Positions 1-12,582 of a stretch of DNA of 64,000 bases are shown in pieces. The DNA lies in the NCBI RefSeq assembly GCF_006345805.1, contig NC_043013.1, forward strand, positions 41,664,001-41,728,000. The letters run 5' to 3'. Positions within the stretch are counted from its first letter, which is position 1, and every line of letters starts with the position of its first letter. The notes under the pieces are model-generated. The model worked only from the letters and a program-made list of their open reading frames with translations. It was not told the DNA's origin and did not search any database. The DNA comes from Octopus sinensis (taxonomy: Eukaryota). A program made the translations under genes and the position numbers.

Positions 1-495
1 TTATTACTATTCCTAAATGTAGAGTAATGATTAGAAAATCTTTTAGATAACTGAGATGAACTACCTATATAAAAAAAATACATCGGTAGCGGAAGTAGTT
101 TTACACTGGTATATAGAATTTTTAGTTTTAGAATTACTAGACATAAACTTAATTCTGTTGGAATTGACTTCAGAGATAATAACATTGTTGTTAATATTTC
201 TAGAGGGATGGTTAGTATTAGCTAAATTAATGTTATTATCAGTAATTGGATTCTTATTTAACAGACTAATATTATGTGAAAAGATAATTTGTGAAAGGGT
301 TTTTGCGTTGGAAAAACTAATCTTAACCGTGTGTGAGTTGAAAATCGAGTAATACCTAGAATTCTTTGGCAAATTCCCAATAATAGCTTGAAAGGTAGAT
401 TAGATTTAATTTGCCTCCCATAAGGAATAATCAACCAAATAGTTTTGTTAGTAGGTGCCTTATTGTTAGTGTAACTATCTTTAAAAGACATCGAT
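1..495 (-). mobile_element. Degraded Penelope-like retroelement: RT-EN linker and GIY-YIG endonuclease N-half
   Basis: Reading across frameshifts gives NKTIWLIIPYGRQIKSNL..PKNSRYYSIFNSHTVKISFSNAKTLSQIIFSHN and SIYQCKTTSATDVFFYIGSSSQLSKRFSNH. These match the PLE motifs IIWFNPPY..KIFNRNTVKISYS..II..HN and the GIY-YIG pattern IY...YIG....RF.NH. Frameshifts include a T homopolymer near 70-78. Confidence 0.75.
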
Positions 496-639
496 TTACT
501 TTTAGAATGAAAAATGGGGCTTTAATAACGGTTATCTCCCTTCCGCTGTAAAAACCCTTCCTCTGTTTGATGTTGGCGTCTGAATTAAAACTAAAATCGT
601 TCATATCGTTACAACTACATTTCATGACTTCATTACTAA

Positions 640-935
640 AATACAAAAAATGCAAAAGGTTAAGAATTGTTTCCTTTTTTTCATGATGATGTAACGAAAG
701 CTAACTTTTTAGATATTACACTTAACTTACACATTAATTCGTACTTCCCATACCCCAAATCATCAATCAATCTTAAGCATATGAGTCATTTCAGTAATCA
801 TTCCAGGGAAATCACTAAGAATTTAGAAATCACTAAGAATATTTCATTTAGATTGTAAAAGTTATCTGCTAGTGTTGACATTTTCAATGACAGGCTATAG
901 AGAGAAAGTTACCTACATTAATTTTATTCAATCTT
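640..935 (+). mobile_element. Degraded Penelope-like RT C-terminal/thumb fragment, inverted relative to 1-495
   Basis: ANFLDITLNLHINSYFPYPK...FSNHSREITKNL...NISFRL*KLSASVDIFN..TGYREKVTY matches PLE VNFLDVTL.L....Y.P..KP....SNHP..I.K......RLS.LS....IFN...SGY..KLTY. Internal 18-bp duplication at about 806-840. Confidence 0.75.
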
Positions 936-953
936 ATTCTACCTTGTATATAT

Positions 954-990
<37 letters not shown>

Positions 991-1140
991 TAATACAGTG
1001 ATGAAAATAATTTATCCACCATTGCGATGTTTACCACCTGCTCGCGTTGATACATTTACATATGTATGTATGTGTATATATATATATATATATATTTTAG
1101 AAGAAATGAGGTAATCAGAAGATCATATATATATATATGC

Positions 1141-1722
<582 letters not shown>

Positions 1723-2079
1723 ATGTGCGCTTATCCACAACCAAGCACTGAATACACACAAAATATACATAACAAAAAACAGTGTAATATACACGTTCAT
1801 GCTACACACACGCACACACACACACTCGCAAACATACAAGTACACAGGCACACGCACGCACACAGATGCACACTCACACACGCACGCACACACACGCACA
1901 CACACACTCATACACACGCGCAAGTCCTGAGAATAGTGTAGAAATAATTCTGTCAACAACGCAAAAACTTTGAGATTTTATCTAAATATGCTTTCGAAAT
2001 CTTTTTGGGATTGTAAGTTTAGACAGCCTCGTTCAATCACTTTCGACACCCTGACCATCCCTTTACATACAAACATATC

Positions 2080-2085
2080 AGAGAG

Positions 2086-2119
<34 letters not shown>

Positions 2120-2158
2120 TGTGTGTTTGTGTGTGTGTTTGTTCGTGTGTGTGTGAAA

Positions 2159-2190
<32 letters not shown>

Positions 2191-3175
2191 GAAAAGATGT
2201 AAAGTAGGGAGGAAGGGAGTGGAGAGAAAGCGTGTTGGAACAAACAAAAGAAGCAGGGAAGGATTGAGTTGGAAACGAACGAAAGGAAAGGAGGAAGGAA
2301 GGGAAGAAAGAAAGAAAGGATGGAGGGAAAGAAAGAAAGAAAGAAAGAAAGGGAGAAAGAAAGAAAAGATGGAGGGAAAGAAGGAAGGAGGGAAGGAAGG
2401 GAAGAAGGGTGGAAGGGCGGGAGGAAGGAACGAAGGAACGAAGGAACGAACGAGCGAAACAAACAAACAATCAAAGTAAGACAGAAAGAATGGAAGAAAG
2501 AATTAAAGGAAGTAAAAATAGAAGAAAGAAAGAAAACAATAAATAAATAAAGAAAGAAAGTAAGAAAAGAAGGGAAAAATGAAGGAAAGAATGAAGGAAA
2601 GAAAAAAGAAAGAAAGAACGAAAGAAAAAGGTAGGGAGGAGGAAGGAAGGAAAGAAAGGAGGGAGAGAAAGAAGGAAGGGGGAAGAAGGGAGGAAGGATG
2701 GAAGGGAGGTAGGAACGAACGAACGATCGAACGAAGAAACAAACAAACAAACAATTAAACAAACAATCAAAGAAAGACAGGACGAATAGGAAAAAGAAAG
2801 AAAAGGAAGAAAGAAAGGAAGAAAGAAAAGGAAGAAAGAAAAGGAAGAAAGAATGAAAGAAAGAAAGAAAAAAAGAAAGAAGGAAAGAAAGAAAGAAGAA
2901 AGAAAGAAAAAAGAAAAGGAAAAAGAAGAAAGAAGAAAAAAGAAAGAAGAAAGAAAAAAGAAAGAAAGAAAGAAAGAAAAAAGAAAAAAAGAAAGAAGTA
3001 TGAGAGAAAGATAAGGAAGATAGGGAAGGGAAGAAGGAAAGAAAACAGAAAGACAGAAAGGGGGGGAGAAAGAGAAGAAAGACCTGAAGGAAGAAAGACA
3101 AGAAGAGTAGGAATAAAGAGAATATGTAAGGAATAGAGAGAATGGAGGAACGAAGAAAATGAAGGAATGGAGTAT
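2080..3175. repeat. About 1.1-kb purine-strand low-complexity tract (GA, GAAA, GGAA, GAAC)
   Basis: Direct reading; it produces the spurious F/S/L-rich minus-strand ORFs. Confidence 0.95.
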
Positions 3176-3510
3176 GCTTGGTCGAGCAAAGATTCCCCCT
3201 CTCGACTTTTCCGTATGTTTTAGCTTGAACTCTAATTGTGGATGCTGGAGATGTTGATAAGTATCCGTTCAAATGGTACAGCGTGACCGTCATTGTGTTG
3301 CATACATCGAAACTCGTGGTGGTCGGCAACATAAGGCAGAAATCCCAGAAAGCATTCATTTAGCAGCGCCACGACGTGAACTTGTGTATCGGAACCTAGA
3401 GAGACGAATATGGGGAATAGCGTCGTCTAATGATTGGCATGCGCTCGGTTAAGGTGTTAAAAGTTTGGTTCAGGTAAGACTTGTAGATGGATAGAAATTC
3501 CGAATGAAGA

Positions 3511-3931
3511 AGGCGGGGAGCTGGCAGAAACGTTAGCACGCCGGGCGAAATGCCTAGCGGTATTTCGTCTACCGTTACGTTCTGAGTTCAAATTCCGCGG
3601 AGGTCGACTTTGCCTTTCATCCTTTCGGGGTCGATAAATTAAGTACCAGTTACGAACTGGGGTCGATATAATCGACTTAATTACTTTGTCTGTCCTTGTT
3701 TGTCCCCTCTGCGTGTAGACCCTTGCGTGCAGTAAAGACATAAGTATTTCGTCTGCCGTTACGTTCTGAGTTCAAATTCCACCGATGTCGACTTTGCCTT
3801 TCATCCTTTCGGGGGTCGATAAATTAAGTACCAGTTACGCACTGGGGTCGATGTAATCGACTTTATTTCTTTGTCTGCCCTTGTTTGTCCCCTCTATGTT
3901 TAGCCTTTTGTGGACAATAAAGAAATAAGAA
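3511..3931 (+). mobile_element. tRNA-type SINE family A, one head plus two bodies
   Basis: Head GGCGGGGAGCTGGCAGAAACGTTAGC (A-box-like), B-box GAGTTCAAATTCC, tail AGCCCCTTGTGGG..AAAGAAAT; second body restarts at GTATTTCGTC near 3744. Confidence 0.9.
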
Positions 3932-4106
3932 ACTCCGAAAGAAGTTAGAAGCAAGGCGGTTAGTTTCACTCTAAAATTGGCAGAACGTTCTATCTTAAAC
4001 GTTGAGCGGAAGTGCCTACAACTTCCTGACCGCCATATATTTTCTATGAAACATCTAATCGTATTAGAGAGTTGGGGAAATGTGTTCTGTTTCGTGTCGT
4101 ATGGAA

Positions 4107-4279
4107 GTTACGTTCTGAGTTCAAATTCCGCCGATGTCGACTTTGCCTTTGATCCTTTCGGGGTCGATTAAATAAGTACCAGTTACGCACTGGGGTCGAT
4201 ATAATCGACTTAATCCGTTTGTCTGTCCTTGTTTGTTCCCTCTGTGTGTAGCCCCTTGTGGGCAGTAAAGAAATAAGAA
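4107..4279 (+). mobile_element. SINE A body (headless)
   Basis: Same body and tail as other family A copies. Confidence 0.85.
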
Positions 4280-5042
4280 ACATGTTCTAACGGTTAGAAG
4301 GTCAAACCTGCGGCAAACAACCACTCCATGGTGTCTTTAGGCATTGTCGCTGATGATAAACAGGCATATTAGTGGACAACGATGATAATGAACAAAAGTT
4401 AGACCCGGAACTATTTTCTAGGTAAGCAAACTTTCTCACCCAAAAACCACGTCTGCACCTCGCTTAAGCCTCCAGTTTCTTCGTTTTTTGTTATTTTATG
4501 TTTTTACAGGAACTTTTATCTAATCCCACGCGGCATCGTCTTGTACTGTCCTCAATGGTTTTGTCAACCCTTAGTGCTTAAATAAAGAAAACGGCGTCGT
4601 CGTCGTCATCATCATCATCATTTTCGTTATTGTTGCCCTTTCTCTTGTGTCCAGAAGATACCTCGCCGTCACTTACTCTTATCCCTATTACAACCATCAT
4701 CATCATTATCAAATTAAAACAGTGATAACATGCCTTTCCTATATGAATCTCCTTCTCCTTTCTTTTCCCCTCTCATATTATTTATATATATTTTTATATA
4801 TTTATTTATTGATGCATTTCGGGGTGGTCATTTTTTATTGCCAAATACACACACGCACGATATATTCGTTCTTCACTCGTTTATTACCGTTCTTAATTTA
4901 ACTCATATCCATTGTCCAGAAATCTTTCGTCACACAACTCTGACCTCCTCAGAGACACTTTTAGTCTTCGTATGTGCTCTAGCTGTGCTTATTCCATTCT
5001 CTAAACACACACACACACACACACACGCACACACACACTCAC

Positions 5043-5100
<58 letters not shown>

Positions 5101-5220
5101 CTCAACATACGCTATTTATATTGAGAATATGTTGTCTATTGACTTTTATATATGCTAGGCCACTGGTAGAGAATTTCTAAGAATATTCGCTACCCTATAT
5201 ATATCTTATGTATATATATA

Positions 5221-5269
<49 letters not shown>

Positions 5270-5582
5270 TAATATATTATATATATTAATATATTATATA
5301 TATATGTCTGTATGTATGTATGTATGTTCGTATGTATAGTAGAGGTGGGATAAAATATCCAGGCACATACCGAATTTCTCCATATAAAATGCCAAGACTG
5401 GTTCCTTCAGATGGTGCGTTTTATGGTAAACTTCCTTTAATTCCCATGCGAAGTTACAGTTTATTTCTTGGTTACTGAGAGTGTAAAGTACAATATTGAT
5501 AATAAGGAGAATGGAGAATTTGAACATTCCAACTTTATGTTTATTTCCAGTTGGTTTATTTATAATATATATTTATGTATGT

Positions 5583-5878
5583 GTGGAGGCGCAATGGCCC
5601 AGTGGTTTGGGCAGCGGACTCGCGGTTTCGATTCCCAGACCGAGCGTTGTGAGTGTTTATTGAGCGAAAACACCTAAAGCTGCACGAGGCTCCGGCAGAG
5701 GGGGTGGCGATCGCTGCTATACAATTTGGCAACAAATTTCTCTCGCTCTTTCTTCTGTTTGCATGCTCGCTTAGCCAGCGGGGTGGCGTCATTTGAATGC
5801 TAAAACAATGCGAAGCGCATTGTGACCAGCGATGTGTAGCAACATTTGATAGCCTTGTAGGTCATGTGGTCACGTGAT
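5583..5878 (+). mobile_element. SINE family C head with an alternative 3' tail
   Basis: Head GGAGGCGCAATGGCCCAGTGG..GGTTTCGATTCCC; the tail GCTTAGCCAGCGGGGTGGCGTCATTTG.. is shared with the inverted copy at 10664-10961. Confidence 0.85.
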
Positions 5879-5985
5879 TTATGTATGTATGTATGTATGT
5901 ATGTATGTACGTATGTACGTACGTATGTACGTACGTATGTATGTATGCATATATATGAGCGTGTATAGAATTCCTCCCTTCAATA

Positions 5986-6222
5986 CCTATTTCTTTATTA
6001 CCCACAAGGGGCTAAACATAGAGGGGACAAACAAGGACAGACGTAGGTATTAAGTCGATTACATCGACCTCAGTGCGTAACTGGTACTTAATTTATCGAC
6101 CCCGAAAGGATGAAAGGCAAAGTTGACCTCGGCGGAATTTGAACTCAGAACGTAACGCAGACGAAATACCGCTAAGCATTTCGCCCGGCGTGCTAACGTT
6201 TCTGCTAGCTTGCCGCCTTTCT
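5986..6222 (-). mobile_element. SINE A monomer with 11-bp TSD
   Basis: TCCCTTCAATA at 5975-5985 and 6223-6233 flanks the full head-body-tail. Confidence 0.92.
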
Positions 6223-6479
6223 TCCCTTCAATATTCCGTTTGCATGTCACACCACTAACATAGTTACTGGTGCTGCTGGAGCTGTTACTGTTGTTGTTGT
6301 TGTTGCTGTCGATGCTGCTGCTGCTTGTTGTTGTTGTTGTTGTTGTTACTACGGTTGCTGTTATTTTTTCCCTTTTCCTTTCCGTTTTCAACTTTTTTGC
6401 AGTTATATTTTTTTTACCTTAAATTTCCACAATAGCATCTCAAAACATCGCTTCCACTAACAGCTTTAATCACCGCAAT

Positions 6480-6595
6480 AACTACTAATACTACTACTAC
6501 TACCACTACTACTACTACCACTACTACTACTACTATCACCACTACTACTACAACTAGTGCTACTACTACTACTGCTGGTGCTGCTGCTGCTGCTA

Positions 6596-6643
<48 letters not shown>

Positions 6644-6683
6644 CACCACCACTACACTACCACCACCACCACCACCACCACTG

Positions 6684-6717
<34 letters not shown>

Positions 6718-7025
6718 CACCACCACCACCACTACTACTACTACTACTAGTAAATTAAAAAAATATATATTTTTTAATATTTTTGTTGTTTTTGTAAAAT
6801 CTCAGAAAATAATTAAAAATTCACATTTTTTGTCAAATTATTTTGTTATATTTGTTTATCTATCCAACTATGTATACTATGTATATATGTGTGTGTGTAT
6901 GTGTGTGTTATTAGTACTATAGTTAAAATTATTACTACTGTTACTACTAATAATAATCATATTTTATCTTAAACATTACAACTACTATAAAAGTATTATT
7001 GTTATCACTATTTACCACTACCACA

Positions 7026-7062
<37 letters not shown>

Positions 7063-7156
7063 TTTAATACTAAAACTTGTCATATTTCATTATTAATCAT
7101 ATTACAACTACTACTTCTACTATTATTTTCTTTTTAAAGTTATTATTATTATTATT

Positions 7157-7187
<31 letters not shown>

Positions 7188-7490
7188 TATTATTATTATT
7201 ATTACTATTATTATTATTATTATTATTATAGATATTAGAATCTTCATATTCTTATCAATCATCATCATTATCACCAGCAATATCAAATGACCAATAAAAG
7301 AAAGCATTGTTGTTGTTTATGTCATTATTGTTATTGTTATTATAATTATTGTTATTATTATTATCCTTATTATTATTATTATTATTATTATTAATCATAA
7401 TGATTATTAATATTATTATTATCATTATTATTATTATTATGATTACTATTACTATTATTATTATTATTATTGTTATTATTTCATTGTATA
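6480..7490. repeat. (ACT)n/(ACC)n and (ATT)n trinucleotide microsatellite cluster
   Basis: Direct reading. Confidence 0.93.
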
Positions 7491-8204
7491 TTCCTTTACT
7501 CATTCTGTTAGCCACCTCCCACCTCCCACCTCCCACTTCGCACCTACCACTTTGCACCGAACCACCCCCACCTTCATCCCCTGTCTTTTAATTAGTCCAT
7601 TTATGAAGGAAAACAACAGAACCACAACGCTGGAATGCTTTTTATAAAGACATTCCGCGCGTGAGAGAGAAAGAGACGGACAGACAAAACAGAGGGAGAA
7701 ACAAAGACAGACATAAAGGGAGAGACAGAGAGGGGGAGGGAAAGACAGAGAGGGGGAGGGAAAGACAGAGAGGGGAGGGAAAGACAGAGAGGGGGAGAGA
7801 GAGACAGAGACAGAGACAGAGAAAGAGCAGGTTTTCATCGTGTCTATAATTATTTCTTTCCGTCTTTCTGTTTCAATTCATCCCTATCTTTCCCTTTCTC
7901 TCTCTCTCTCTCTCTTCCTCTCTCTCTCTCTCTCTTTCTCGCCCTCTCTCTCTCTATCTCGCCCTCTCTCTTCTCTTTATATCTGATTTTCTATCTCTTC
8001 GTCTTTCTCTCCCTCTCTCCCTTTGCTCTCTCCTTTTTCTTACTCTCTCTCTTTCTCCCTCTACTGTTCTTTCCACTTCTCCTCTCTCTCTCTCTCTTCT
8101 CTCTTTTACTACCTTTTACTCTCTCTACCTCTCTCTTTCCTTCTCTCTCTTACTCTTCTTCTTCTTGTTCTCTCTCTCTCTTTCTCTCTCTCTCTCTTCT
8201 CTTC

Positions 8205-8235
<31 letters not shown>

Positions 8236-9477
8236 TCTCTCTCTCTCTCTTTCCCTTGAATATTCCCTGAGACGAAACAAACAACAAAAGACATTTGGCG
8301 ATGAAGATTGCATTTAGAAAGAAGAATGCTATTCGTCAGGCAACTGTCTTCTCTTGAACGATTCCATTAGTGAAGCCTTTCAGCTTGAACCGATGATATT
8401 CTGTTCTCAGATGTTCTCCTCTTATTCTCTTATTCTCTTATTCTGTTCTATGCTTTCAGTTTGAATTAAGATTTGGAATCTTGAACGAGATCTTACTCGT
8501 ATCTGAAATTGATGTAAAAGAAAAAAAAATGACAAAACAGATTTTTAAATGCAGTTGCACGGATTTGATAGACAGTGCCTATAGATGTTACTAGGAAATA
8601 TAATAGCGTGTAGATTGTCTGAAGATCGACAGAGTGTGTAGATTTCCATTGGCAAAACAGGGTATATAGATATTATTGTTGTTTAGAGTCAAGTCTACCT
8701 AATATCTGTCTATTAGCTTAAACACGTAACCCTGAACAAGAAGGCACGGGATCAGCAGCATTTTAAATGTGTCCATACCGCCTTTTTCTTTATATTTAGC
8801 GGGGTCTGAGAATATATTATCTAACGTGTGCTTAACGTTTTCACCACGTACGCAGTGATTTCATAAACGATTTAGGTCGGTATTTTTAAAATTTTCCTAA
8901 TGACCGAGCGTCCATGTAGAAGCGCCTTCTTACGTGGCTCGCCTGAAGATAGTGACTGGTTAGATGTAACGTATTGATTTTGTCTAAGATAGACATATTC
9001 AGTAGATCAACATTATAGAGGTGTCAACTGAGAGAGAGAAAGAGAGAGAGAGAGAGAGACTATGTAGATGTCGAGAGGTTACACATAGCATATAAATCTC
9101 GAACAGTCGATGCAATATTTGTATATTTTGACTGATTAAACAGAGTTTGTAGTTATTGGATAAGCACATTGCATAAATCAAAGATTCCCATCTGTTCTAT
9201 GTAAGTACTCACTCATAACCGAACGGTGTTTTAAAAACCTTCCCTTCCTACGTTTTACAGAAATAATAAAGATGATTTGAATCAGACAAAATTACGTAAT
9301 TCTGAGCAGTGGTTTATTATCCATGTTCTTATACTTTCCTATCCAGCATGAACCTCTTTTTAGATATTTCTGTAGAATAGTGAACCCCCACCGACTTAAT
9401 TTTTATTGACATTGTTAATGACGGCATGGGCTTACGTAACGGAATCATGTTGGACTTTGCCACATCATCAGTCATGT

Positions 9478-10069
9478 TTCTTATTTCTTTATTGCCCACA
9501 AGGGGCTAAACATAGAGAGGAGAAACAATGACAGACAAAAAGATTAAGTCAATTACATCGACCCCAGTGCGCGACTGGTACTTAATTTATCGACCCCGAA
9601 AGGATGAAAAGCAAAGTCGACCTCGGTGGAATTTGATCTCAGAATGTAACGGTAGACGAAATACCTATTTCTTTACTACCCACAAGGGGCTAAACACAGA
9701 GAAGACAAACAAGGACAGACAAACGGATTAAGTCGATTACATCGACCCTAGTGTACACTGGTACTTAATTTATCGACCCCGAAAGGATGAAAAGCAAAGT
9801 CGACCTTGGCGGAATTTGAGCTCAGAACGTAACGCGCAGATGAATTACCTATTTCTTTATTACCTACAAGGTGCTAAACACAGAGAGGACAAACAAGGAC
9901 AGACAAACGGATTAAGTCGATTATATCGACCCCAGTGCGCGACTGGTACTTATTTAATCGACCCCGAAAGGATGAAAAGCAAAGTCGACCTCGGCGGAAT
10001 TTGAGCTCAGAACGTAACACGCAGATGAAAGATCGCTAAACATTTCGCCCGGCGTGCTAACGTTTCTGC
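9478..10069 (-). mobile_element. SINE A trimer (one head, three bodies of about 185 bp)
   Basis: Tails begin near 9478, 9665 and 9848; a single head ends near 10069. Confidence 0.9.
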
Positions 10070-10145
10070 TCACTAATGCAATGTTCTCATAATTTGATCC
10101 CGACTGAGATTCCTATTTGAAAATGTGTTTAAAACAAAGTTATTA

Positions 10146-10460
10146 CGAAGGCGCGTGGCTTAGTGGTGAGTGTGTTCGGCCCACGATCGTAAGGTCATGA
10201 GTTCGATCCCGGTGACGAGTTGTCTTCGTGTAAGACATTTTTATTTCACGTTGCTCCTGTCCATTCAACCGGCAAAGATAAGTAGTACCTCTAACTTAAA
10301 AGGCTAGCCTTGTCCCATTTAGTGTGTCACGCTGAATCTCCTTGAAAACTACATTAAGGGTACGTGTGTCTATGCCACTTGCACGTTAATTTTACGGGTA
10401 AACTGGTCCGTTGAATTGATAAACTGGTACCCTCGTTGTCGTAACTGACGGGGTGCCATT
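10146..10460 (+). mobile_element. tRNA-type SINE family D (own head, family C-type tail)
   Basis: GAAGGCGCGTGGCTTAGTGG..GAGTTCGATCCC head; tail ..CGTCGTAACTGACGGGGTGCC resembles family C. Confidence 0.8.
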
Positions 10461-10663
10461 GGATTGTACCCGGTTTAAGTATTTATTTCTAAATAAAATC
10501 AAACCCTCTCTTAACACTCAAAACCCCTCATACAGACCCCGTAATATTCTCCGCTTCATTGTAAGCCAATAATGCTTACAAAGAAGCGTTACAACCCAGG
10601 TTAAGATTATGCTGAGTCGATTCACACAGTATTTAGATGTTGACTGGTGAAATCTGGTACGTA

Positions 10664-10961
10664 AATCACGTGATCACGTGACCGAAGTTGCTAGACATCG
10701 CTGGTCACAATGCGCTTCGCATTGTTTTAGCCTTCAAATGACGCCACCCCGCTGGCTAAGCGAGTATGCCAACAGAAGAAAGAGTGAGAGAAAGTTGTGG
10801 TGAAAGAGTACATCAGGGGTCGCCACCAGCCTCTGCCGGAGATCGTGGAGCTTTAGGTATTTTCGCTCAATAAACACTCACAACGCTCGGTCTGGGAATC
10901 GAAACCGTGATCCTACGACCGCGAGTCCGCTGCCCTAACCACTGGGCCATTGCGCCTCCAC
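10664..10961 (-). mobile_element. SINE C head with the alternative tail
   Basis: Reverse complement of the 5583-5878 type. Confidence 0.85.
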
Positions 10962-11386
10962 GGTACATAGATATTGACTAATAAACACGATATGTCGATG
11001 ATGACTGGATAAATACAGTGTATATATTTGACTTGATAAGCAGTGTATAAATGTTGAGTCGATAGATACCGTGTATACATGTTGACTTGGGAAATACTGT
11101 GTGTAGATAGTGTCTGTATTTCAAAGCGGCCAACCTTGTCACATTCTGTGTCACGCTGAATCTCGCTGGGAACGATGTTAAAGGTACGCGTGTCTGTGGA
11201 GCGCTCAGCCACCCGCACGTTCATTTCACGAGCAGGCTGTTCCATTGATCGGATCGACTGGAACCTTCGCCGTCATAACCGACGGACTGCCAGTTACATA
11301 CTGTGTAGATATTGAGTAGATAGTTATTGTGTGGATATAGAATGAATGGGTAATATTTATAGATGCTGACAGGGTAAATAAATTAA

Positions 11387-11621
11387 GACGGCGAGCTGGC
11401 AGAAACGTTAGCACGCCGGGCGAAATGCGTAGCCGTATTTCGTCTGCCGTAACGTTCTGAGTTCAAATTCCGCCGAGGTCGACTTTACCTTTCATCCTTT
11501 CGGGGTCGATAAATTAAGTACCAGTTACGCACTGGAGTCGATGTGATCGACTTAATCCGTGTGTGTGTGTCCTTGTTTGTCCCCTCTGTGTTTAGCCCCT
11601 TGTGGGTAGTAAAGAAATAGG
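11387..11621 (+). mobile_element. SINE A monomer
   Basis: Full head, B-box, body and tail. Confidence 0.92.
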
Positions 11622-11986
11622 GGTAAATACGATGTGTCGATGTCGACTGGCTAATTAAGGTGTGTAGATGTTGACTCGACATACGGTGTGTAAATGTTGA
11701 CTGGGGAATTACTGTAGGTAGATGTCGACAGGATGAATAGAGGGTATAGAAATTGACTTGATAAACACAGTGGTATACATGATTTAATTAATGCTGTGTG
11801 TAAACGTTCATTGAATAAACCCAGCGCCTGGATGTCGGCAGGATAAAGAAGGCTGGTAGCAAGCGCAGCATATAGATGCTTCTTGAATAAATAATGTATG
11901 GATGTTGATTATAAATATGTGTATGTGTGTGTGTGTGTGTATGTGCTTCTATATAAGCAAGAGGAAAGATAGAGAGAATATGTGAA

Positions 11987-12031
<45 letters not shown>

Positions 12032-12128
12032 TTCAGCAAAATTTGGATTCAGATGAATATGGTGCGTAAGTTAAAGCCACCAGAATTTGGTATGGTATTA
12101 TCCATATAAATCAAATGGGGTGATTATA

Positions 12129-12494
12129 ATCAAAATAAGCAACAAGGATATCCAAGGTAGTGTAGTGCAATCGTTTCATGCTACTTCATTTTATTAAACA
12201 CTGTAAGTATTACATCAGTTTTAAAATGTCGAGCAATCTTCAGCCACATATAGAATTTTTTAATTAAACGGACAATGCACATTTTTATACTTATTTCATT
12301 TGCCAACATTACAAAGAAGGTAGATATACAGACAGAGAGGTTAATTTCATCATTAAGAACATGGTAGTAGTATGTCCTTCTCTATCTGTAGATTTTTTTA
12401 TCAAAACAGATGTAATACTTACAGTGTTTAATAAAATGAAGTAGCATGAAACGATTGTACTACACTATCTTGGATATACTTGTTGCTTATTTGG

Positions 12495-12496
<2 letters not shown>
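12129..12496. mobile_element. Fold-back element with about 94-bp inverted arms (12129-12222 / 12403-12496), probably Penelope-terminus derived
   Basis: Arms are reverse complements with a few mismatches; the right arm abuts (TA)n; a non-inverted family member lies at about 31289-31535. Confidence 0.75.
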
Positions 12497-12557
<61 letters not shown>

Positions 12558-12582
12558 GTGTGTGTGTGTGTGTGTCTTGTGT

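Larger units (their letters stand above)
10600..11820. repeat. Degenerate 28-bp minisatellite (approx. GTGTATAGATGTTGACTGGATAAATACA) interrupted by three SINEs
   Basis: Units such as GTGTATAAATGTTGAGTCGATAGATACC and GTGTATACATGTTGACTTGGGAAATACT at about 10962-11112, 11295-11385 and 11622-11820. Confidence 0.75.
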
